A program made the translations under genes and the position numbers. The notes beneath the pieces are model-generated. The model worked only from the letters and a program-made list of their open reading frames with translations, was not told where the DNA came from and did not search any database. DNA of 64,000 nucleotides, taken from assembly GCA_009785525.1 (NCBI GenBank), contig WQWC01000005.1, positions 11,308 through 75,307 on the forward strand. The letters are read 5' to 3'. Position 1 is the stretch's first letter. Every line of letters starts with the position of its first letter. Positions 1 through 7,616 of this stretch are shown here, piece by piece. Origin of the DNA: Oscillospiraceae bacterium. GTDB lineage: Bacteria > Bacillota > Clostridia > Oscillospirales > Oscillospiraceae.

Positions 1-422
1 GGTCTATTATCCGGGTGGAGAAACCAGCTCGGGCTATTGGGCAGGTTTCCAACAGCGCGGGAGTGTTGACGTTCTCGGCGGAAGTGGACGCTGTCTGTGT
101 CTGCGTGTGTGCCAAGTGCGCGGCTGAGTTTTCGCTTCTGGTGCATAAGCTTATTTCGGCGTATGTTACCAAAGGCGGCGAGGATGGTGAAGACCATGAC
201 GCTTACGTCCTGCAAGGCGACATGGTGGATGCTGACGAGATAATAGTCACCGAGTTTGTGCTGGACATGGAAGATACGCTTCTATGCAACCCCGACTGCG
301 CCGGACTCTGCGATAAATGCGGCGCGGATTTGAACGAAGGGTCATGCGATTGCAAAACAGAGATTGATCCCAGGCTTGCTGCTTTAGGGCAGCTCTTGGA
401 TAACGATGAGGAGGTGTTCTAA
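1..422 (+). CDS. DUF177/YceD-family protein, 5' end probably outside window
   Basis: The frame is open from the window edge. The C-terminal Cys cluster CNPDCAGLCDKCGADLNEGSCDC is typical of DUF177. It sits directly upstream of rpmF, the conserved yceD-rpmF pairing. Confidence 0.7.
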   Translation, partial: SIIRVEKPARAIGQVSNSAGVLTFSAEVDAVCVCVCAKCAAEFSLLVHKLISAYVTKGGEDGEDHDAYVLQGDMVDADEIIVTEFVLDMEDTLLCNPDCAGLCDKCGADLNEGSCDCKTEIDPRLAALGQLLDNDEEVF

Positions 423-587
423 GTGGCGGTTCCAAAGAGTAAAGTATCAAAAGCGAGAAGAGATAAAAGACGCTCCTCACACTGGAAGCTTACAGCCCCG
501 GGGCTTGCAAAATGTTCCTGTGGAGAGCTGCGGCTGCCGCACAGGCGTTGCAACGCGTGCGGAACGTATAACGGACGCGAAGTCTGA
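423..587 (+). CDS. rpmF: 50S ribosomal protein L32
   Basis: GTG start and 54 codons, so below the ORF-track length cutoff. Translation: VAVPKSKVSKARRDKRRSSHWKLTAPGLAKCSCGELRLPHRRCNACGTYNGREV. This shows the L32 N-terminal signature plus a Cys-pair zinc ribbon. TGA stop at 585-587. Confidence 0.9.
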   Translation: MAVPKSKVSKARRDKRRSSHWKLTAPGLAKCSCGELRLPHRRCNACGTYNGREV

Positions 588-604
588 TTATTAGACCTGA
601 ATAT

Positions 605-633
605 GGGCGGCCATTGGCCGCCCGTTGTTTTTT
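605..633 (+). terminator. Rho-independent terminator after rpmF
   Basis: Perfect 8-bp stem GGGCGGCC-att-GGCCGCCC followed by gttgTTTTTT. Confidence 0.8.
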
Positions 634-646
634 GCCGGGAGACATA

Positions 647-1927
647 ATGAACGTCATCAAATCAATTCAACCCAACAGTCCCGCGTCACGAACCATCATC
701 GCCCCGGGGGATTCCCTGCGGCGAATCAACGGGAAGCGAATCGGCGACGTGCTGGATTATCAATATCACTCATATGAAAGCCGCTTGCTGCTGGAGCTTA
801 CTGCCCCGGACGGCAAGATGAAGCTTGTGCGGATTAAGAAGCCGGAGGGCGCGGATATCGGGCTGGAGTTTGATACGTTTATGATGGACAACGCAAAATC
901 CTGCGCGAATAAGTGCGTGTTCTGCTTTATCGACCAGCTGCCACGTGGTATGCGCGAGACGTTGTATTACAAAGACGACGACCTGCGCCTTTCGTTTTTG
1001 CAGGGGAACTATATAACTCTGACAAATCTTTCCGATCACGATATCAGTCGCATTGTTGAATTGCGCCTGAGTCCGATAAACGTATCGGTTCATACTATGG
1101 ATCCGGAATTGCGCAATTTCATACTCGGCAACAAAAATGCGGGCGCGGGGATTGCCTCGCTTAGAACCCTCGTCAATGCTGGAATCACGATAAATTGCCA
1201 GATAGTCTGCTGCCCGGAAATCAACGACGGCGCAGCGCTGGATCGCACTATCGAGAGGCTAATCGCGCTCGGACCAAACATAAACAGTGTGTCGATAGTA
1301 CCGGTTGGATTGACAAAGCACCGTACCGGTCTTGCGGAGCTGCGTCCGTTTGATTCGGAGCGTGCACTCAAAACAGTGAGACAAGTTGAAAGTTTTGGGC
1401 AGGGGATATTTTTCTGCGCCGATGAATTGTATATCAAGGCTGGATTGCCGCTGCCGAAACACGAATTTTACCGGGATTACCCCCAACTTGAAAACGGCGT
1501 CGGCATGATGCGGCTGTTTATCACGGAATTTGAGCACGAATTGGCGAAAAATCCGGGTGCAGCGGTTCCCGGTGGAAACTTCTCAATAGCGACCGGGATG
1601 CTGGCCGCCGAATTTTTAACAAATCTTTTAAAAACAGCGGCTGAAAAATATGGTATTATAGACAGTAACGTGTACGCCATAAGAAATGATTTCTTCGGAG
1701 AGGGCGTCACCGTATCGGGACTTGTCACCGGGGGTGACTTGATAAATCAGCTAAAAGGGCGGAATCTGGGCAACAGGCTGCTGATTCCGCGAAACATGCT
1801 GCGCAATGGTGAGGATGTATTCCTGGACGATGTGACAGTTGCGGATGTTGTCGAATCGCTGGGGATTCCGATAAGAATAGTCGAACAAGACGGGGCGGAT
1901 TTTTTGCGGGCTGTGTTGGGAGGGTAG
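647..1927 (+). CDS. DUF512 / PDZ-domain radical-SAM-like protein
   Basis: Motif CANKCVFCFIDQLPRGMR and overall length match the DUF512 family commonly found upstream of der in Clostridia. The ATG at 647 lies just downstream of the rpmF terminator, so the track's TTG at 614 would fall inside the hairpin. Confidence 0.75.
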   Translation: MNVIKSIQPNSPASRTIIAPGDSLRRINGKRIGDVLDYQYHSYESRLLLELTAPDGKMKLVRIKKPEGADIGLEFDTFMMDNAKSCANKCVFCFIDQLPRGMRETLYYKDDDLRLSFLQGNYITLTNLSDHDISRIVELRLSPINVSVHTMDPELRNFILGNKNAGAGIASLRTLVNAGITINCQIVCCPEINDGAALDRTIERLIALGPNINSVSIVPVGLTKHRTGLAELRPFDSERALKTVRQVESFGQGIFFCADELYIKAGLPLPKHEFYRDYPQLENGVGMMRLFITEFEHELAKNPGAAVPGGNFSIATGMLAAEFLTNLLKTAAEKYGIIDSNVYAIRNDFFGEGVTVSGLVTGGDLINQLKGRNLGNRLLIPRNMLRNGEDVFLDDVTVADVVESLGIPIRIVEQDGADFLRAVLGG

Positions 1928-1964
1928 TTCAGAAATTTATATTAGTGGAGGTTGCGAGGCTGTA

Positions 1965-2726
1965 ATGATATCAAGCAAATTATTTTCAGTAAATACATTT
2001 AACAAAAATTCACTACAAAAAGCTAAAGACTGCGGTTTTGGTCTTGAAGTAGAAGAATATTTAATGATGTACAATGAAGATGAAATTGAAGAAAAGCATG
2101 AGTATGTGCCTACGCTAATGGGTGGATTTACTAAATTTTCTTTTCACGGGACAATAGTGAACAGAGATATTACCGAAATCAATAAGATATCCGATGAAGA
2201 ATTGATAGCAATATACAATAAATCTTATGAGTATGCGTGTTTACACAATATAAGCAGGATTGTATATCATGCAAACTATTCAGTCGATTTTGAAACAAAA
2301 TCATCTTGGCTTAATAGACAAACTTTGTTTTGGAAATATTTTTTACAAGACAAACCGCCATCTGCTAAAATTTATATTGAAAACCTTATAGACGAAACAC
2401 CCGAGATAATGTCACAGTTATGCGATGATGTTGGCGATTCTCGATTCAAGATATGCCTTGATACAGGGCACGCTTGTTGTAATTCATCAATCAACACAAC
2501 TGAATGGATAAAAGTATTGGGCAAGCGGATTGAGCACGTGCATTTGCATAATAACGATAAACTTTCAGACAGGCATTGGTCTTTAGGAAAGGGTATTTTA
2601 GATATGGCGGAAATAATGAGGGATTTACTGGAATATACCGATGCGCACACATTTGTGTTGGAATGTGATTTTGAAAGTAGTGTGCAATGGCTTCGACAAA
2701 ATAATATCTTGCTTATAAACGAGTAA
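1965..2726 (+). CDS. Xylose-isomerase-like TIM-barrel protein (sugar phosphate isomerase/epimerase family)
   Basis: The HVHLHNNDKLSDRHWSLGKGILDM segment resembles the metal-binding His/Asp region of AP-endonuclease-2/xylose-isomerase-like TIM barrels. The gene is visibly AT-rich compared with its neighbours. Confidence 0.55.
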   Translation: MISSKLFSVNTFNKNSLQKAKDCGFGLEVEEYLMMYNEDEIEEKHEYVPTLMGGFTKFSFHGTIVNRDITEINKISDEELIAIYNKSYEYACLHNISRIVYHANYSVDFETKSSWLNRQTLFWKYFLQDKPPSAKIYIENLIDETPEIMSQLCDDVGDSRFKICLDTGHACCNSSINTTEWIKVLGKRIEHVHLHNNDKLSDRHWSLGKGILDMAEIMRDLLEYTDAHTFVLECDFESSVQWLRQNNILLINE

Positions 2727-2756
2727 TATAAGCATTTTTTACACAGGAGGAAAAAC

Positions 2757-4079
2757 ATGAAAAAGCCGCTGGTTGCGATTGTCGGGCGGCCTAATGTGGG
2801 CAAATCGACACTGTTTAATAGGATAGTCGGAATGCGCTTGGCTATTGTTGAAGACACGCCTGGAGTCACGCGGGACAGGCTGTACGCCAAGTCCGACTGG
2901 AATGGACGGGAGTTCGATATAGTCGATACTGGCGGCATTGAGCCTCGCACTGACAATGAGATATTGCTGTTCATGCGCGAACAGGCGAATATTGCCATCG
3001 AAATGGCGGATGTAATCGTCTTTGTTACCGATTTTACCACCGGAGTCACGGCGAATGACAACGATGTCGCGGTCAGTTTGCGAAAATCTGGAAAGCCGGT
3101 GATTCTTGTTGTGAACAAAATGGATTCCACCGGCGCGACGAATCCTGATATATATGAGTTCTACGCACTGGGGTTGGGCGAGCCTATTTCGGTATCCGCC
3201 GCACACGGGCACGGCACCGGTGATTTGCTGGATGAGTGCGTAAAATTCTTTCCGCCTGAATCGGACGAGGAGGAAGAGGATGGCGCTATTAAAGTCGCGG
3301 TGATAGGCAAGCCGAACGCCGGGAAATCTTCGCTTATCAACAAGATTCTGGGGCAGAAGCGGGTTATCGTCAGTGAAGCTGCGGGTACGACTCGTGACGC
3401 TGTTGATACGCCTTTTGAAAACGAACACGGCAAGTACGTGTTTATCGACACTGCTGGGATACGCCGCAAGTCGAAAATTGATGGCAGGATTGAACATTAC
3501 AGCGTTTTACGCGCACAGATGGCCATAGAACGCGCCGACGTGTGCATTATAATGATAGACGCACGTGAGGGTGTTACCGAGCAGGACACAAAGGTCGCCG
3601 GACTGGCCCATGAAGCCGGAAAAGCCAGTATAATCGCTGTCAACAAATGGGATTTAATTGAAAAAGAAACCAACACAATGGACAAAATGCGTGCTGAGGT
3701 CTTACGCGACCTGAGCTATATGACATACGCGCCGACGCTGTTTATTTCCGCCTTGACCGGACAGAGGGTGGATAAATTATTCGAGTTGATCAATTACGTG
3801 GACGCCCAAGCCGCAACGCGGATATCGACGGGTATGTTAAACGACCTGCTGGGCGATGCGATGGCAAGAGTACAGCCGCCAACCGACAGAGGAAAGCGGT
3901 TGAAAATCTACTATATGACCCAAGCCTCAGTGCGCCCACCGACATTTGTATGCTTCTGCAACAATGCTGAGTTGTTTCATTTTTCGTATAGGAGATATCT
4001 GGAGAATCAGATCAGGGACGTGTTCGGCCTGGAAGGGACTCCCGTGCGGATGGTGATACGAGAACGCGGGGATGATTAG
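2757..4079 (+). CDS. der: Ribosome-associated GTPase Der/EngA (tandem GTPase domains)
   Basis: Two G1 motifs, GRPNVGKST and GKPNAGKSS, plus a KH-like C-terminus. RBS AGGAGG upstream. Confidence 0.95.
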   Translation: MKKPLVAIVGRPNVGKSTLFNRIVGMRLAIVEDTPGVTRDRLYAKSDWNGREFDIVDTGGIEPRTDNEILLFMREQANIAIEMADVIVFVTDFTTGVTANDNDVAVSLRKSGKPVILVVNKMDSTGATNPDIYEFYALGLGEPISVSAAHGHGTGDLLDECVKFFPPESDEEEEDGAIKVAVIGKPNAGKSSLINKILGQKRVIVSEAAGTTRDAVDTPFENEHGKYVFIDTAGIRRKSKIDGRIEHYSVLRAQMAIERADVCIIMIDAREGVTEQDTKVAGLAHEAGKASIIAVNKWDLIEKETNTMDKMRAEVLRDLSYMTYAPTLFISALTGQRVDKLFELINYVDAQAATRISTGMLNDLLGDAMARVQPPTDRGKRLKIYYMTQASVRPPTFVCFCNNAELFHFSYRRYLENQIRDVFGLEGTPVRMVIRERGDD

Positions 4080-4147
4080 GATCTCCCCCTTCCCACGCAC
4101 TGACAAACGGGGTGTCGAGGATGCCGCCCCTTACAAGGAGAATCAAC

Positions 4148-4789
4148 ATGAACTTCCACCTACTACTAATTGCCATCGCAATACCGGCGTACCTGCTGGG
4201 CAGTGTGAACGGTTCTATCATCGCTTCGATGTGCTTCTATCGCAAGGATATCCGCGAATACGGCAGCGGGAATCCGGGGCTTACTAACTTTTACCGCGTT
4301 TTTGGGAAAGGCGGGGCATTGCTGGTGATTCTAATCGATGCCGCGAAGACGATACTTCCCGTCTTGCTTAGCGGATGGTTGTTAGGTCGGTTTGTTGATC
4401 CTGACATGGTAATGTTCGGAAGGTTATTCGCAGGAATGTTCGTCCTGTTGGGAACATGTTATCCAGTATTTTATAAATTCAAAGGCGGCAGGGGAGTGTT
4501 GGTGGAAGGCACGATACTTATTATAGTTGACTGGCGGCTCGCGCTCATCGCGTGGGGCGTGTTCATTATTATTACTCTGGTTACGCGGTATGTGTCGCTC
4601 GCCTCGATACTCGGCGCGGCGTCATTTCCTGTGGCTCAAGCGATAATCGGAATCGGCGGATGGCGGGAGCTTATCGCCGCATCGCTGTGCGCTATCTTGA
4701 TTATCGCGCGCCATCATCCGAACATCGGGAGGCTTGTAAAAGGCGAGGAGTCGAAGATAAATTTCAGCAGAAAGAAAGAAGAGGAATAG
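4148..4789 (+). CDS. plsY: Glycerol-3-phosphate acyltransferase PlsY
   Basis: SGNPGLTNFYRVFG and FKGGRGV motifs in a multi-TM protein. ATG at 4148 preferred over the upstream extension. The plsY-gpsA neighbourhood is conserved. Confidence 0.9.
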   Translation: MNFHLLLIAIAIPAYLLGSVNGSIIASMCFYRKDIREYGSGNPGLTNFYRVFGKGGALLVILIDAAKTILPVLLSGWLLGRFVDPDMVMFGRLFAGMFVLLGTCYPVFYKFKGGRGVLVEGTILIIVDWRLALIAWGVFIIITLVTRYVSLASILGAASFPVAQAIIGIGGWRELIAASLCAILIIARHHPNIGRLVKGEESKINFSRKKEEE

Positions 4790-4792
4790 CAG

Positions 4793-5812
4793 TTGAAAGT
4801 ATCGGTTTTCGGAAGCGGCGCGTGGGGCACAGCCATCGCCATGCTTCTGCATGAGAACGGACATGACGTGACACTGTGGTCAAGATCTGCCGATAAGGCT
4901 GAGTCTTTGCGCAAAAATAGGGAAAACCCGCTATTAAAAAGCATAAAAATACCGCAGGAGCTTAACATAACATCCGACAAAGAATCTGCTACCGGCGGAA
5001 TTGACGCTGCGGTAATTGCCGTCCCGTCGTTCGCCCTGCGGGATACGGCGGAAGTTTTACGCAACAAGATTCCGAAAAATTGCGTCGTTATATGCATGTC
5101 TAAAGGTATTGAAAAAGATACGTCTAACCTCTTTTCCATAATTTTAAAGGACACGCTCGGCGAAAAAACGCCTATAGCATCGGTATCGGGTCCAATGCAC
5201 GCGGAGGAAGTCGCGAAGCGCATACCAACAGCTTGCGTTGCGGCTTCTGACGATTTGGAGGTCGCCGGATATGTGCAAGATTTGCTGATGAACGAATATT
5301 TACGTGTATACACCAGTACCGATGTCACTGGTGTCGAACTCGGGGCTGCGCTGAAAAACGTCATCGCGCTGTGTGCCGGGATATGCGATGGCCTCGGCTT
5401 CGGCGACAACACGCTGGCAATGCTGATGACGCGCGGACTGGCTGAAATGGCGGAGCTCTGCGTCAAAATGGGCGGGAGGAAAGAGACGCTTGCGGGTCTC
5501 GCCGGACTCGGTGACTTGATCGTTACATGTATGTCACACCATTCGCGCAATCGCCGCGCCGGGGTGATGATCGGACAAGGAATGTCCGCGCAAGAGGCAA
5601 TGGCTCAAGTCGGCGCAGTCGTGGAAGGCTATTTTGCGGCGAAGGCGGCGTTTGAATTGGCAAAATCCTCAAACGTAGAAATGCCGATTTGCTGCGAGGC
5701 GTACAGGGTTTTGTACGAGGGGAAAGATCCGCTGACGGCCATGCGTGAGCTGATGAGCAGAGAGCGGAAGATTGAGACAAAATCGGGCGAGGAGACATGG
5801 GTGAGCGGGTGA
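4793..5812 (+). CDS. gpsA: NAD(P)H-dependent glycerol-3-phosphate dehydrogenase
   Basis: N-terminal GSGAWGTA Rossmann motif, then GVELGAALKNVIA and EGYFAAKA motifs. TTG start with a GAGGAA RBS. Confidence 0.92.
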   Translation: MKVSVFGSGAWGTAIAMLLHENGHDVTLWSRSADKAESLRKNRENPLLKSIKIPQELNITSDKESATGGIDAAVIAVPSFALRDTAEVLRNKIPKNCVVICMSKGIEKDTSNLFSIILKDTLGEKTPIASVSGPMHAEEVAKRIPTACVAASDDLEVAGYVQDLLMNEYLRVYTSTDVTGVELGAALKNVIALCAGICDGLGFGDNTLAMLMTRGLAEMAELCVKMGGRKETLAGLAGLGDLIVTCMSHHSRNRRAGVMIGQGMSAQEAMAQVGAVVEGYFAAKAAFELAKSSNVEMPICCEAYRVLYEGKDPLTAMRELMSRERKIETKSGEETWVSG

Positions 5813-5813
5813 T

Positions 5814-5840
5814 GAAAAAACCGCCTCTTTACGAGGCGGT
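5814..5840. terminator. Hairpin terminator between convergent gpsA and the 3-TM gene
   Basis: AAAAAA-CCGCCTC-tttac-GAGGCGG. The U-run is on the minus-strand transcript, so it best fits termination of the 5855-6406 gene. It is weaker as a terminator for gpsA. Confidence 0.6.
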
Positions 5841-5854
5841 GGTGAGTATATCGT

Positions 5855-6406
5855 TTATCTTAACAAATTAACCAACCGTGGTACAAATATGTAAAGAACT
5901 ATGAACGCGACATTTAGTACCGAAATAAAGCCGAAGAAGTGTTTAGGTTTTGAAAAGAATGAGTTATCCTTGTCGCTTGTTCTAAGCCGATCAATCATTT
6001 TGGAACAGAGATAGATAAAAACCCATACTGTATTAAGTACCAATAATCCTAAGAACAGCATCTGATAAGATTCCGCTTGCCCTCTAACAGCTCTCTCAAG
6101 TCTATCAATACGACCATGGATTGATGTTAGATAGATGCTCATGATGGCAATAACCGCAGCAATCAGTATTCCTATAACAGTTAAAAGATGCGGAAGAGCT
6201 CTCTCAGCAGATTCCGTCGCATTAGTAGCCTTTGTTTTCGCTTCGCACGCTTGTTTTTCAGCAAATTTTGCAATTTCTTCGGCTTTTTCGACTGTTAGTG
6301 ACACGGCCAAAAGTCTAGTGAAGAAATTCTCGCTTTTGGCAGGGCGAAGTGGACTCCTAGCCTTTTCCTCTTCAAAAAATTCATGATTAAGGCTATCAAA
6401 AGACAT
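5855..6406 (-). CDS. Hypothetical membrane protein: about 70-aa charged helical N-terminus plus 3 predicted TM helices; candidate toxin/effector
   Basis: Hydrophobic stretches LLTVIGILIAAVIAIMSIYLTSI, MLFLGLLVLNTVWVFIYLCSKMI and FFGFISVLNVAFIVLYIFVPRLV. AT-rich. Lies 45 nt downstream of the Panacea-like gene on the same strand. Confidence 0.6.
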   Translation of the reverse strand: MSFDSLNHEFFEEEKARSPLRPAKSENFFTRLLAVSLTVEKAEEIAKFAEKQACEAKTKATNATESAERALPHLLTVIGILIAAVIAIMSIYLTSIHGRIDRLERAVRGQAESYQMLFLGLLVLNTVWVFIYLCSKMIDRLRTSDKDNSFFSKPKHFFGFISVLNVAFIVLYIFVPRLVNLLR

Positions 6407-6451
6407 ATCTGCTCACCTCTATTTCTCTCTTGATAAGGGCAGTCAATTTAT

Positions 6452-7414
6452 TTAGTCATCCAAGCCTAAAAATGCATCAATATTATTCCTTGCTCGGCTT
6501 AACACAAATTCAGCAACTGGGAAGTCAACACTTTTTCCGTTGTACTCGTCTATACGCATTTTAATGGCCTCAGTATAATGTTTCCTTATTGCTCTCTTTA
6601 ATTCATCATTGTCGTCCGCCTTGCTTAGCCTTTTAATATTATCTCCTATCTCCTTAAGGCGATTATCATAAGCGGTTTGGCCTTCGCTTGTAATGTTTGA
6701 ATAACCTCGTATCCCGCACAGTGTGGCAACCTGATCAACAAGGTTGCTGGAAATGCCACCGTTAGTGTAGTCAATTTTTGCAACTCCACAAACCTCAAAA
6801 TTACGCATTTCATCGAGATCACTTTTCGTAATTTCGTTGAAGCCACTAACACCAAACTCGTACTTTTTAAAGTGCTCACGGATTTTATCTGCGGGAATCA
6901 CTTTGAAATTGTTCTCATCATATTTAGGTGCATACGTAACCCACAGAGAGTCATTTTTACAAAAACGTATTGTTTCACGCCTATCCTTAGTCCAAACCTT
7001 TTGATAGACCTGCTCCATAACTTCAACAATCTCAGGATGTGCATATTCCAATACGTCTAATGCATCAGTCCATAACTTTTCTTCTATAAGACCATAGTCG
7101 AACTTCTCTGCTATTTTATAAATTGAATGGACAACAGCGCCGCACTCATGGGCACGAATAGTTCCTCCAAAGATAGGAAAACCACACTCTGATTTTGAAA
7201 GAACCATTCCAAAAGTGAGGTAAAGAACCTTATGCAGTTTGGCATAAGTCATATAGCAATTACTTATTTCTTTTTCCGATGCGTTTTTAGCTTTTTTCTT
7301 GTCCGCTTCGTCAATCCCTCTGTTAATGAACCATGCGGCATACCATTCTGCCCCTTGAGGCAGATCATTGTCTGTTTCAAGTAACGTTTCCTGTCCCTTT
7401 TTAGTTGTTTGCAT
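6452..7414 (-). CDS. Panacea (DUF4065, SocA/GepA-like) domain protein with an unknown ~150-aa C-terminal domain; candidate antitoxin
   Basis: YAKLHKVLYLTFG ... FPIFGGTIRAHECGAVVHSIY resembles the DUF4065 core pattern KLqKLLYyaqG ... plf ... AWkyGPVvpevY. The match was made by eye only. AT-rich gene. Confidence 0.55.
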   Translation of the reverse strand: MQTTKKGQETLLETDNDLPQGAEWYAAWFINRGIDEADKKKAKNASEKEISNCYMTYAKLHKVLYLTFGMVLSKSECGFPIFGGTIRAHECGAVVHSIYKIAEKFDYGLIEEKLWTDALDVLEYAHPEIVEVMEQVYQKVWTKDRRETIRFCKNDSLWVTYAPKYDENNFKVIPADKIREHFKKYEFGVSGFNEITKSDLDEMRNFEVCGVAKIDYTNGGISSNLVDQVATLCGIRGYSNITSEGQTAYDNRLKEIGDNIKRLSKADDNDELKRAIRKHYTEAIKMRIDEYNGKSVDFPVAEFVLSRARNNIDAFLGLDD

Positions 7415-7449
7415 TCATACAACCCTCTCTTATAGAGGGCATAGCCCCC

Positions 7450-7470
7450 ATAATTGCCAGTGGCAATTAT
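7450..7470. promoter_or_regulatory. Perfect 21-nt palindrome (candidate operator) overlapping the -10/TSS of the island promoter
   Basis: ATAATTGCCA-G-TGGCAATTAT, 10-bp perfect arms. It overlaps the TATAAT hexamer at 7466-7471. Confidence 0.6.
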
Positions 7471-7494
7471 ACCACTTTTCTGTGTTAAAGTCAA
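7466..7494 (-). promoter_or_regulatory. Sigma-70-type promoter for the Panacea-like/3-TM operon
   Basis: On the minus strand: TTGACT (7494-7489), 17-nt spacer, TGg-TATAAT (7471-7466). Near-consensus with an extended -10. Confidence 0.65.
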
Positions 7495-7581
7495 GAAAAA
7501 ATTTCAACTTTAATTTAATGTTTTTTGTTAATATGAAACATCATCCTTATCTCTATATTCCCCCAACCCACTATTTTATGT

Positions 7582-7610
7582 TTGATTATTACTTCACACT
7601 GAGGTATAAT
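7582..7610 (+). promoter_or_regulatory. Candidate promoter for murD
   Basis: TTGATT (7582-7587), 17-nt spacer, TATAAT (7605-7610). The -10 ends only 6 nt before the murD ATG. Confidence 0.45.
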
Positions 7611-7616
7611 TATGAT

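Noticed and set aside
406-594. 62-aa track ORF overlapping the rpmF region
   Set aside because: It is in a different frame from the clear L32 reading frame (423-587, GTG start). Its translation has no recognisable features and it spans the yceD stop.
7368-7616. 83-codon N-terminal extension of murD in the track
   Set aside because: The extension overlaps the divergent island gene start and promoter, is extremely AT-rich with implausible sequence (…MFFVNMKHHPYLYIPPTHYFMFDYYF…), and precedes the canonical MurD N-terminus.
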